DNA of 13,112 nt from Promethearchaeota archaeon (GCA_048938105.1 JBHLMN010000040.1:1-13112), one strand, 5' to 3'. Shown: positions 1-8,827, counted from the first letter of the stretch. The notes: generated from the letters alone by a model not told the origin. Program-made: numbers and translations.

Positions 1-2
1 AA

Positions 3-491
3 GTACAAGCAAAGCTGGAAGCTAATACTGAAAAACTGTGGTCACTCAATGAAATGGAAAGAACTGGCGGTGAACCAGATGTTGTTGGTCATGATAAAAA
101 GACGGGCGAATACTTTTTTTATGATTGTTCAGCGGAAAGCCCTAAAGGCCGCAGATATGTTTGTTACGACGGTGAAGGACAGGAGGCGAGGAAAAAGCGG
201 AAAAGCACAAAAAGCGCAAAAAGCGGAAAAGTGGGGGGTCCAGAAGGTAACGCTATTGATATGGCAGCTGCGATGGGCATTGAGCTTTTAACGGAAGAAC
301 AATATCGAGAGTTGCAGAAACTTGGAAATTTCGATACGAAGACGTCGAGTTGGGTGAAAACACCTTCTGATATTAGAAAGCTCGGCGGCGCCATCTTTGC
401 TGATCGCCGCTATGATAATGTCTTTGTATATCATAACAGTGCTCCTTCTTACTATGGTGCCAGGGGATTTCGTGGCTCGTTAAGAGTTTAA
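3..491 (+). CDS. DUF4256 domain-containing protein (5'-truncated by window edge)
   Basis: The frame is open from base 3 (VQAKLEANTEKLWSLNEMERTGGEPDVVG...), so the ATG at 54 is internal. Motifs MERTGGEPDV, DCSAESPKGRR, MGIELLTEEQYRELQ, FDTKTSSW, IRKLGGA and YYGARGFRG match the DUF4256 family as recalled. Confidence 0.85.
   Translation, partial: VQAKLEANTEKLWSLNEMERTGGEPDVVGHDKKTGEYFFYDCSAESPKGRRYVCYDGEGQEARKKRKSTKSAKSGKVGGPEGNAIDMAAAMGIELLTEEQYRELQKLGNFDTKTSSWVKTPSDIRKLGGAIFADRRYDNVFVYHNSAPSYYGARGFRGSLRV
192..236 (+). repeat. Short in-frame 9-bp tandem repeat inside the DUF4256 gene
   Basis: Units AAAAGCACA, AAAAGCGCA, AAAAGCGGA (201-227) with degenerate flanking units, encoding KR-KST-KSA-KSG-KVG. 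Confidence 0.7.
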
Positions 492-698
492 ATTTGGACT
501 TTGAATTTTAGCATTTCTTTGCTTTTTGCTTTCTACGAGCTGCATTTTGTCGTTGTACCCATTGTCCTTAGTGAAGGAACGCTGATTTTTACCGGTAAGC
601 CAAAAGTTTCGTTAAAACTCCTTGATGCACAAACAACAGAAGGTGCACGAACTGTGATTGTGCGAGTATATATTAAAAACTTATTAATTGGTTGAACT

Positions 699-719
699 TC
701 GTAAAAGGCTGGATTGATA
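699..719 (+). repeat. Dispersed intergenic motif, copy A (TCGTAAAAGGCTGGATT-GA-TA)
   Basis: 16/17 identical to the reverse complement of 9131-9147, and related to 7121-7137. Confidence 0.6.
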
Positions 720-792
720 AGTGAGGCTTATACAGTGCAAGAAAAAACTCTTCACTGCTTAATGAGGATATAAACTTAATTTGACTATTCGA

Positions 793-946
793 AAAAACTG
801 TTTAGATCGTTTAAAATGTAGGTTATGAATTTACGGAAGAATTATCTAGTCAATATTGTAAAATTAAGGAGAAACTCTCTAGTTAATTAGATAAAGAATG
901 GCCCAATTTTGGAAATTGTGGAAAAACTGTCTAGATTACTTAATAA
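793..946 (+). promoter_or_regulatory. Upstream region of the 973 gene: repeated AAAAACTGTYTAGAT boxes and a candidate TATA element
   Basis: AAAAACTGTTTAGAT (793-807), AAACTCTCTAGTT (872-884), AAAAACTGTCTAGAT (922-936). TTAATAA at 940-946 is ~30 nt before ATG 973, consistent with a leaderless transcript. Confidence 0.4.
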
Positions 947-972
947 GGTCGCTTGAGAAGCATTAACTTGTT

Positions 973-2247
973 ATGATTGAGATAAAAAGTCAATATAAAA
1001 TAATTGGCCTATTAATCGTAGCTTCTTTCATTTTCAGTTCTTTGCTTGCAAATCTTGAAGTCTCAACTTCTAATTCAGAAACTGACAGTTTAATTAGTAA
1101 AAACAATGATATTTCAAACGAAGTTTGCCAGGCGGCCCCCTCTGATCCATTAATTAAAATGAATGTTGAGAATTCTGAACCCACAGATTCAGAACCTACA
1201 AATATTGCTAGTGAGACTACTGGATCTGATTACTGGCTAATAATTGAGAATGAAACCAAGAGTAGTGACACAAGGCGTTCTACAACTTATATTGAAGCAG
1301 CTCAAAAATTCGAAATAATGGAAGAAAATGCCAATATCACCCAGGTTAAGCTCTATATACTATATGTTGATCTTTACAAAGATGGAGATCATCCTTGTGG
1401 GAGCGTATCGATTTTTAATGATAATAATGGAGAGCCAGGTGTTCCATTAGGTACAACACCATTGGAAGAAGTATTTGGATCACTTGATTTAGGTGTTGAT
1501 ATCGGTCCTACTTGGGTTAATTTTACATTTCCTACACCAATTAGGATAACTCAAGGATTCTACTGGATAGTTCTAAGTGATACGGGAAATCAAGCAGTAT
1601 GCTATTGGGAATGGTACACTCAAAGAGATCTGAACAATGGCGATTCTGGTGATTGGGCTGTAAAATCAACCCATGATACTAGTTGGGAACTTAATCCAGA
1701 CAATAATCCAAGTGATTTACTATCTTGGGTGAAAATAACACCCATATCAGAGCCTGAACCCGACCCCGAGCCTAAACCTGAACCCGAACCTGTGAAATAT
1801 TGGTATATTTTCACAAAGCATGGTATGAGAAGAAGGTGGACTTTGAGTTACAATGTGACCTTCACAATTGAACATGATTCAAAAATTAAGTTCAATAAGA
1901 GAATCGATATCTTTCGTATTAACATTGAAACAATTGAGCTTGTATCCGAATGTACTAATCCAAGGACTTCAAATAAAAAAGTGATTCTTGGAGTAATTAT
2001 TAGCAATACTAGATCATTTTTGATATTTCTCCAAGATGAATTCCAAATTGAATCTTACCAACGTGTAATTATTATTTTCAAAATCCCCCGCAATAATACT
2101 GACAATAAGTTTTACCATGTGATGAAAGTAATTTCTTTCAATCGACGACAAAGACAAAGAAATCAACATGAAGAGAAACATAAGCATAAGCGAAAGCACA
2201 ATCATAAAAAGAACTCTCATCATCAAAAACAGAAGCATAAACGGTGA
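973..2247 (+). CDS. Secreted or N-terminally anchored protein with a beta-rich domain (choice-of-anchor R-like) paralogous to part of the next gene, a Pro-Glu linker and a His/Lys/Arg-rich tail
   Basis: 424-aa ORF. Hydrophobic N-terminus IIGLLIVASFIFSSLLA. Domain motifs AQKF..SIFNDNNGEPG..LG..WVNFTFPTPI.IT.G.YWIVL. Linker EPEPDPEPKPEPEP. Ends ...HKHKRKHNHKKNSHHQKQKHKR. Confidence 0.8.
   Translation: MIEIKSQYKIIGLLIVASFIFSSLLANLEVSTSNSETDSLISKNNDISNEVCQAAPSDPLIKMNVENSEPTDSEPTNIASETTGSDYWLIIENETKSSDTRRSTTYIEAAQKFEIMEENANITQVKLYILYVDLYKDGDHPCGSVSIFNDNNGEPGVPLGTTPLEEVFGSLDLGVDIGPTWVNFTFPTPIRITQGFYWIVLSDTGNQAVCYWEWYTQRDLNNGDSGDWAVKSTHDTSWELNPDNNPSDLLSWVKITPISEPEPDPEPKPEPEPVKYWYIFTKHGMRRRWTLSYNVTFTIEHDSKIKFNKRIDIFRINIETIELVSECTNPRTSNKKVILGVIISNTRSFLIFLQDEFQIESYQRVIIIFKIPRNNTDNKFYHVMKVISFNRRQRQRNQHEEKHKHKRKHNHKKNSHHQKQKHKR
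1750..1791 (+). repeat. Hexanucleotide repeat encoding an (X-Pro)7 linker
   Basis: GAGCCT GAACCC GACCCC GAGCCT AAACCT GAACCC GAACCT = EPEPDPEPKPEPEP. Confidence 0.8.
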
Positions 2248-2415
2248 TAAGAGAAAAATTTACAGTGAGTATAATAGAAAATAACCATTAAACGAGAGAT
2301 CATAGAAGTGGTCAAATTTCTCTGAAAAGCCATTCTCATGTAGTGTCTCTAGATTCAAAGATAATCTAAAAACCCCCTTTCCCCTTAGTAATATGCCTGA
2401 ACCATTAATTGGGAT

Positions 2416-5400
2416 ATGGTTATGATTTCCCTCACACAGAAGATAAACATATTAATCAGTCATATTACTATTCTTTTTCTAATTTCTATTGTCCTACCTA
2501 TTGGCTTATTTTTACCAACTACGATTTTAAACCAATTGAATAATTCTTCTATTTGTTCGGAGGATATTAGATTCATACCGATAACTAAACTAATGAAAGA
2601 ATCAAATTATCCTTCCTCATCTTTATCTGAAATTTTTCATGATGATGATTTAAAAACCATAAAACCTCCTTCTTTTGTGATAGGTAACCAGGTAGGTAAT
2701 GGAGGGGGAGTATATCAAATTCGTGATTCATTAATTAAAATTAATTCTAGCTCTCTCAAGATCCAAAATACATTAACAAATGGCAACCCTGATGGGCATA
2801 ATACTGCCTTTACTATCAATGATTCCTTAGAGAATTTCTTAAAAAACTCTGCTGATTTTCAAATCCAGAATGTTACAGCCAAGGAAGATTGGCGTCAAAT
2901 AGAAAGTAACACAACTGATACTGATCTGCGTGATTCAAAGATTTATATTGAAATAGCTCAAAAATTCGAAATCATGGAAGATTATGCCAATATTACCATG
3001 GTTGAAGTCTATCTCACTTATTATGATAAATTCTCTGGAGACAAGAAAATCCCTCATGGTACTTTATCTATCTTTGACGATGTCTCTGGAGAACCAAATA
3101 CTTCATTAGGTATGACATCATTAGAAGAAGGACTTGAATCGGTGGATATAGGTCCAATCCCCCCTGCTTGGGTTACCTATACTTTTCCTCAGCCAATTAA
3201 TGTAACCAAGGGTTCTTATTGGTTAGTATTTAATGATACTGGTGATCAGACGTTTGGGTACTGGGAATGGTTCACTCAAGACGATACAACTAATGGAGAT
3301 GCAGGTATTACAGCAATGAAATTAGACCATGGCGATTCCTGGGCCGTTGGAGACCCATATCCCGATGGGGATATCACATCAGCTATCCGAGTTCTTCATA
3401 CTGATGCTAGCTGGGATAATTATGTTTATTCAAGTCCTAATGAAATTTTAATGACTTATAATACCTCAAAAGGAGATTATGAACTCTCTTCCTTCACATT
3501 TAAGGCAGATGACACACCAACACATAAGTTCTATTCGAATACCTCAGTTTCATTCACTTCACATTACATGGCAAATTATACATTTACCTCTGTAATTACT
3601 ACTACTGTCACATATCAGGCACAAAATGGGTCTGATTCATTTTGGAATCTAAGCTTTTCTACAATCCGTGTCAAAACTCCAGATATAATTCGAAATCGTT
3701 CAATAACCATAAATGGAATCCAAACTGACTGGAATGGATCAAAAATCTACTGGAATAATTCTAGTATTCCTGAATACACAACTTTAGTTGATAATCCAAA
3801 CGTGACTTGGGATGGTGATCCAACTCATGGATATACATATGGAAATACAACAATGGTAATCAATGCGAGTACATTATCTTCAAATGTTACTTGGCTTGTC
3901 TGCTTTAATGCTACTAATTATATATCAAATTTCAACCTGGAACAGAATAGTGTACCACTTTCTTTCCCGCTTAGAGCAAATGTTACTGATACTTTAGATC
4001 TTATTTATACTGTAGGAGAACCAGATGGTAATGCTTCGTACTGGATTGAATATAATCCTACTGGTAGCCAGATAACTGCAAAAACTAATGTCAGTTATTC
4101 AGATAATACTGTGAATGACACATGGGATATCAATCACACTCTAGATCAAACAACGAATATAAACGGTACATATGACCTACAAGTCTTCTGGATTAGTATG
4201 GATAAGACTAAAGTTGGAACCTACACTCTCACCTTAGATTTGTTTGTAAATACTTCCTTAAATATTCAAACTGAAAGTGAAGTAGTAATTGGCGAATTAT
4301 TTAATATCACTGCCTTCTATAAATCCATTCATAATAAGACTGATGTTAAAAACGCTAAAATATGGTGTGATGCAAGTTGGTCGTCCGCCACTGATGTATA
4401 TATGAACCAAATTTCTATTGATTATTCGTATAATGCTACTTTCTCAACATCTAACCAAACACCTGGAACAGTAGGTACAATCACTATCACAACACGAGTT
4501 GGATGGTTTGTCAATTGGACAAGAGTCATTAATGTGAAATTTGTTTATAATTCTTCTCTTACTCTTAATCCTGCTACTGATGTATTAGAATGGTACGAAA
4601 ACACTACTATTCGCATTGATTACCTCAACTCAACAGGTGATCCAATCTTAGATGCTGCTATTCAGGTAAATGGAACTAATGCTGAATATAATGACATCAT
4701 TGCTGCTTATATTTATACGTTGAATACAACTGATTACTCAGGAGTGGGGTCATATGTAAATATCCCTATATTCGCCACTCATGCCAAGCATCTCTCTCGT
4801 CAAATAAATTATTCGTTTATAATTACACCTGGGATTACAGATATTTCAGGAACGTATAATGGTAAATCTTATTTAAATAATACGAATATTAATATCCCCT
4901 ATGCAAAAAGTTCTGCAGATAGTCTAGTCTTTAACCTCAAATATTATCATATTCTAACTAACGATAACCTTTTAACTTCTGAACCAGAAATTGAATCTTT
5001 GATCCCCCATATCAGTTCTGAATTAGAAGCTGATTCTTCTTGGACGGTTATTCTTGATCCAGATCAAACAGGAACATTTGTGATTAATGTTACTTTTAGC
5101 TTGATAAACTATTATAATGCCCTCTTTATGATTAATGTGAATGTTCAGGATGCACAAACGAAAATTCAAACAGATTTTATGAATAGTACAGAGATCTATT
5201 ACACAGAACACTTTGAATTTTCAGTTTTCTTACTTAATGCTGATTGGAATGAGAACATCACATTTACTGATTATGGATCAATAGAAATAAGTGATGAAAT
5301 CAAGTTACAATATTTGGAACGCATTGGAGATAATTATTGGTTTAGATTTAAGGCAACTCAATTATCTATTGGGCAACATTCAGTTCAAATATCTTTTTCT

Positions 5401-7008
5401 CATCCTTATTTTGAAACTAGTGTAATTACTGTTGTTTTCAATGTTGTTGAGATGCCTACTTTAACGATCCCTCCATCTAATGTTCATTCAACAAACAATG
5501 GTTCAATTATGGTTGAAGATTCTTTAAGAATTACGATTGATAATTATCAAACTTACAAAGAAACAAGTATTTCTTCACTTGATGAAATTTTTCTATGGTT
5601 AAATGGCACATCTGTTCCTGAATCGTATCTTTTAGATTTAGAATTATCTCAAGCACCATTCTCATTTAATCTTTCCACAATTGGTTGGCAATATGGTGTT
5701 TATAATTTGACTTTACAAATTTATACAATTGGTTTTCAAGCTCAATATTTCTCATTTAATATTACTTTATTAGGTTGGCCGACAAGTATTATAGTTGAAA
5801 TCGAACCAGGGAAAAACATTCATCAAGGGGAAGACATAATTTTTATTACCACCCTTGTCTATAGTGGAGAATCCAGTGGTGGAGTTGGAGCTGGAATTAC
5901 TCCACAAACTTCTCTTAACGGTGTTGAAATCACCTACTATATTGTCTTAAAATATGAAAATGGAAGTACTCGAGTTTTTGAGGAGGTTGTCCAGATTGAT
6001 GAATCAGGTAAGGCAAGATATACTATTGAAGGAGACAACACCATTGACTCCGTCGGATTCACGAATATTACAATACAATCTAGTTCAGGGACATCAGGAT
6101 TATCGTCCATTTATTCTATGTCTGATTCTGAATTAGCAAGTTATGAAATTATCCCGCCAGCAATCGATATTTTCGGGGTAATTGTTACTGTTCTTTTGAT
6201 TGTGACTGTTTTTTTGGTAACTGCCATTACTACAGGAACTACAATTCGTATCTTTCTTCGGAGAAGAAAAGTCCATAAAGAACTCATATTAAACAATGAC
6301 AAGACTATTGAGCAGAGCTTCGAGGACATAAAATCTATTCGATTAATTCTTGCTAGACACGAATCAGGATTACAATTTTACGTTGAAAAAACTATATCAG
6401 AGTTTCAAACAGATACCGATGCACTATCAGGCATGTCTGCTGCCATCTCCCAATTTATTGAGGACGTATCTGGGAGTATGCGATCCACGAATGAAAATGG
6501 TTCTCCAAAGGAGAAATTCGAGACTATAAATAGAGAGGGATTTCACATGCTTGTTTGGAATGGAAAATACTCCAGTCTGATCATTATTTCTGAACTTCAA
6601 CTTCCAGATTATTTTAAGGAACGACTGGATGGTTTAGGTAACGAATTGGAGGAGACATTTGAGGATGATTTAAGGGATTTCTTTGATGTAGATAAGTTTC
6701 CTCAATCTATTATCAAGAAAATGGTACGGAAATACATTTCTTTACATTATTTCTCCGCATTCGTGCTGAATGAAGGAGTATTAACTTTAAAAGACATAAA
6801 ATTGTCTAAAAGAGATAAGAAAATGTTAAAACAGGTAAAAAAGGTTAGCTTTGAAAAACAAGGTGTCAGGTACTTTTTTTCTGAGCAGATCATTTCTTAC
6901 CTGGCCAATAAATTTAAACGGAGCGAAGCTATCACATTCTTGGAAAGAATGATAAAATTGAATCTCTTGGTAGAGTGTAGTCAAGAAGAATTATATCAAT
7001 TGATTTGA
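2416..7008 (+). CDS. Large cell-surface glycoprotein: Ig-like/beta-sandwich ectodomain, C-proximal TM helix, cytoplasmic longin-like domain and probable winged-helix-like C-terminus (Asgard-type)
   Basis: 1530-aa ORF with an N-terminal hydrophobic segment. Dozens of N-x-S/T sequons in a Thr/Asn/Tyr-rich beta region. TM IFGVIVTVLLIVTVFLVTAITTG followed by RRRK (~6169-6270). Cytoplasmic IRLILARHESGLQFY..DTDALSGMSAAISQFIEDV..GFHMLVWNGKYSSLIII..FKERLDGL..ELEETFEDDL fits the Asgard longin-like pattern. Confidence 0.85.
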   Translation: MVMISLTQKINILISHITILFLISIVLPIGLFLPTTILNQLNNSSICSEDIRFIPITKLMKESNYPSSSLSEIFHDDDLKTIKPPSFVIGNQVGNGGGVYQIRDSLIKINSSSLKIQNTLTNGNPDGHNTAFTINDSLENFLKNSADFQIQNVTAKEDWRQIESNTTDTDLRDSKIYIEIAQKFEIMEDYANITMVEVYLTYYDKFSGDKKIPHGTLSIFDDVSGEPNTSLGMTSLEEGLESVDIGPIPPAWVTYTFPQPINVTKGSYWLVFNDTGDQTFGYWEWFTQDDTTNGDAGITAMKLDHGDSWAVGDPYPDGDITSAIRVLHTDASWDNYVYSSPNEILMTYNTSKGDYELSSFTFKADDTPTHKFYSNTSVSFTSHYMANYTFTSVITTTVTYQAQNGSDSFWNLSFSTIRVKTPDIIRNRSITINGIQTDWNGSKIYWNNSSIPEYTTLVDNPNVTWDGDPTHGYTYGNTTMVINASTLSSNVTWLVCFNATNYISNFNLEQNSVPLSFPLRANVTDTLDLIYTVGEPDGNASYWIEYNPTGSQITAKTNVSYSDNTVNDTWDINHTLDQTTNINGTYDLQVFWISMDKTKVGTYTLTLDLFVNTSLNIQTESEVVIGELFNITAFYKSIHNKTDVKNAKIWCDASWSSATDVYMNQISIDYSYNATFSTSNQTPGTVGTITITTRVGWFVNWTRVINVKFVYNSSLTLNPATDVLEWYENTTIRIDYLNSTGDPILDAAIQVNGTNAEYNDIIAAYIYTLNTTDYSGVGSYVNIPIFATHAKHLSRQINYSFIITPGITDISGTYNGKSYLNNTNINIPYAKSSADSLVFNLKYYHILTNDNLLTSEPEIESLIPHISSELEADSSWTVILDPDQTGTFVINVTFSLINYYNALFMINVNVQDAQTKIQTDFMNSTEIYYTEHFEFSVFLLNADWNENITFTDYGSIEISDEIKLQYLERIGDNYWFRFKATQLSIGQHSVQISFSHPYFETSVITVVFNVVEMPTLTIPPSNVHSTNNGSIMVEDSLRITIDNYQTYKETSISSLDEIFLWLNGTSVPESYLLDLELSQAPFSFNLSTIGWQYGVYNLTLQIYTIGFQAQYFSFNITLLGWPTSIIVEIEPGKNIHQGEDIIFITTLVYSGESSGGVGAGITPQTSLNGVEITYYIVLKYENGSTRVFEEVVQIDESGKARYTIEGDNTIDSVGFTNITIQSSSGTSGLSSIYSMSDSELASYEIIPPAIDIFGVIVTVLLIVTVFLVTAITTGTTIRIFLRRRKVHKELILNNDKTIEQSFEDIKSIRLILARHESGLQFYVEKTISEFQTDTDALSGMSAAISQFIEDVSGSMRSTNENGSPKEKFETINREGFHMLVWNGKYSSLIIISELQLPDYFKERLDGLGNELEETFEDDLRDFFDVDKFPQSIIKKMVRKYISLHYFSAFVLNEGVLTLKDIKLSKRDKKMLKQVKKVSFEKQGVRYFFSEQIISYLANKFKRSEAITFLERMIKLNLLVECSQEELYQLI

Positions 7009-7120
7009 AGATCTAACAACATTAACTCTTACCATTCAGCCTTATTCTTTTAAGACATAGAAATTTCGTTAAAAATAGTCGTTTTTTTTCTGTCTTTTGA
7101 ATTTATTTTCAACTTTTTAC

Positions 7121-7141
7121 TCAGGAAAAGCTGGATTCTTA
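7121..7141 (+). repeat. Dispersed intergenic motif, copy B (TCAGGAAAAGCTGGATT-CT-TA)
   Basis: 14/17 identical to copy C, with an exact 12-mer AAAAGCTGGATT. Directly abuts the truncated gene remnant. Confidence 0.55.
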
Positions 7142-7335
7142 AGTTGGATTTATGAGAATATCTACCTTATATCTGTCTTATTGATTATCAGAAGAGTAGA
7201 ATTTCGAATGCAGGCTTGCTTAGAACCATGACATTATCAGAGGGGAAGGAAAGATGCAATTTTCGTTTCAAGCAAGGGAGAAAAACCCAAAACAGACAAA
7301 AAACATCTTTCGAACGATTAGAGAGTGAAGTGTGA
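7141..7335 (+). pseudogene. 3' fragment of an L-2-amino-thiazoline-4-carboxylic acid hydrolase-like (ATC_hydrolase) gene
   Basis: Manual translation: KLDL*EYLPYICLIDYQKSRISNAGLLRTMTLSEGKERCNFRFKQGRK...ESEV*. The pattern PY.C..D.........L.RT.TL.EG...C.FRF is the family's C-terminal signature as recalled. No 5' half is present and there is an in-frame TGA at 7153-7155. Confidence 0.7.
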
Positions 7336-7655
7336 ACCAGTTGGGGTAAACGGAATCAAAAAGATGATCAATCAAAGCTCTCTTCAAATTGATGTTGCAG
7401 TATAGTTATTTCCAATCATTTTGAAGAAACGAAAAGAAGCTTCCAAATAGAGGGAAATATCCCACCATACGAGTAAAAATGATTAATTAATACTACTGTG
7501 AAGAATCCCCAAAGTATCATTTCACCTTTCATTCGAAAACATTCTCTTCTGATGAATTATTAAAATTTGAGGAAAATAATATATTAACAATAAAATCTTG
7601 AAAAAGTTAGAAATTCCTTTAATTGAATGTGAAGAGTACGATATTATAAAAGGAG

Positions 7656-8105
7656 ATGAATGATATGAAAATTTCCAGTCCAAGTTTCAGTCATGAAGCA
7701 ACTATTCCTCAAAAATATACCTGTCAAGGGAAAGATATCAATCCAGAGCTCCATATTCAAGGAGTACCTGAAAATACAAAAAGTCTAGCACTGATTATGG
7801 ATGATCCAGATGCCCCAATGGGAACATGGGTTCATTGGGTGGTCTGGAATATTGATCCAATGATTTCTGAAATAACTGAAAATAGTACTCCCAAAGGAGG
7901 AGTGATTGGTAAAAACAGTTGGAGTAGAAACACGTATGGAGGTCCATGTCCTCCTTCAGGAACACATCGCTATTATTTCAAGCTTTATGCCTTGGATATT
8001 ACACTTGAACTACCAACAAGCCGTGGGAAGAAAGATGTGGAGAAAGGAATGAAAAAACACATCATTGCCGAAGCTACTCTCATGGGGAAGTACCAAAAAG
8101 GTTGA
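7656..8105 (+). CDS. YbhB/YbcL family Raf-kinase-inhibitor-like protein (PEBP family)
   Basis: Motifs IPQKYTCQGKDINPEL, SLALIMDDPDAP, WVHWVVWNI, YGGPCPPSGTHRYYFKLYALD. GGAG at 7652-7655 suggests the true start may be ATG 7665 (MKISSP). Confidence 0.95.
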   Translation: MNDMKISSPSFSHEATIPQKYTCQGKDINPELHIQGVPENTKSLALIMDDPDAPMGTWVHWVVWNIDPMISEITENSTPKGGVIGKNSWSRNTYGGPCPPSGTHRYYFKLYALDITLELPTSRGKKDVEKGMKKHIIAEATLMGKYQKG

Positions 8106-8165
8106 TCTAATTTTATTCCTATTAAAAAAAGGAGATTCCGAAAATAGATTTTGACTGTTCTGACT

Positions 8166-8237
8166 GAAACATTTATAAATCCGAATGGGTTTTATTACAG
8201 GTCCTTCCGTAGTGCAACTAGCTGGAGTACGGGAGGA
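8166..8237 (+). promoter_or_regulatory. Archaeal BRE/TATA promoter followed by a 5'-UTR hairpin
   Basis: GAAACA-TTTATAAA (TATA 8172-8179) predicts a start near 8201-8203. TCCTTCCGTA (8202-8211) pairs with TACGGGAGGA (8228-8237). SD AAGGAGG lies before ATG 8279. Confidence 0.6.
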
Positions 8238-8278
8238 AAAGTCAATTATGGGTAAAGAAATAAGGAGGAATAGTTAAA

Positions 8279-8827
8279 ATGAGGAAAAAGTTATCAGTAT
8301 TGTTTCTAGTGGTTTTTATTCTAGGGTTACTACCTGTTTTGTCAGTAAGTGCTAAGAAGCCGCTCATAGGTCACATGGAATTGTCATTAGTCTTAGATAT
8401 AACCCAAACACCCTATTCTTACCCCCCAGGACCCCCAGGCACCTATCTTGTTACCTGGGAAGGAAAGATTACTTTCGAAGATGACTATTACATGCGATTC
8501 TTTTTGGTGGGAACAGGAAAACCAGGTAATCCTGAAACAGGAAAAGCTAGTCATTTCGGAGAAATTTGGGAAATTTGGACCGCTGACCCAGATGAAGGTG
8601 GTCTTCCAATCTTATTGGGGACTGATGAAGGGTTAACGAATGTTGAAAAAGATCTGACGTGGAAGTATCGGATGAATGGCATAGTTAAAGAAGCATTTGA
8701 TCAAGACGGGTATCCAAAGTTCTCCATGTGGGCTGGCCGCAATGTACATATGAGTGGTACTATAGAATGGCTTGGGGAACCTTTTGCCATTGGTAGTGAG
8801 GCACCAGGTATATATCGAATAAACTAA
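8279..8827 (+). CDS. Secreted hypothetical protein (beta-rich)
   Basis: 182-aa ORF with a strong SD and a classic signal peptide MRKKLSVLFLVVFILGLLPVLSVSA. Mature part is rich in Gly/aromatic beta-strand-like segments. No family recognised. Confidence 0.8.
   Translation: MRKKLSVLFLVVFILGLLPVLSVSAKKPLIGHMELSLVLDITQTPYSYPPGPPGTYLVTWEGKITFEDDYYMRFFLVGTGKPGNPETGKASHFGEIWEIWTADPDEGGLPILLGTDEGLTNVEKDLTWKYRMNGIVKEAFDQDGYPKFSMWAGRNVHMSGTIEWLGEPFAIGSEAPGIYRIN

Noticed and set aside
49-394. Alternative ORFs 49-291 (+) and 164-394 (-)
   Set aside because: Shadow frames overlapping the well-supported DUF4256 gene.
501-695. 64-aa ORF with TTG start
   Set aside because: No SD or recognisable motif; the region looks non-coding, with small palindromes (TTACCGGTAA 589-598; TGCAC/GTGCA).
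492-720. Possible integron attC site after DUF4256
   Set aside because: No matching RYYYAAC / GTTRRRY pair enclosing a long imperfect palindrome could be found.
1288-2997. DGR template/variable repeat pair
   Set aside because: Mismatches are not adenine-specific in either direction, both copies are coding, and there is no reverse transcriptase in the window.
990-6329. Short ORFs 990-1184, 1620-1814, 2014-2238, 5023-5211, 5954-6136, 6141-6329
   Set aside because: Antisense or out-of-frame shadows of the two long genes; their GS-repeat and hydrophobic look mirrors the PE linker and the K/H tail.
7416-7532. Small hydrophobic minus-strand ORF (MKGEMILWGFFTVVLIN...)
   Set aside because: Under 40 codons and no recognisable homology; cannot be supported.
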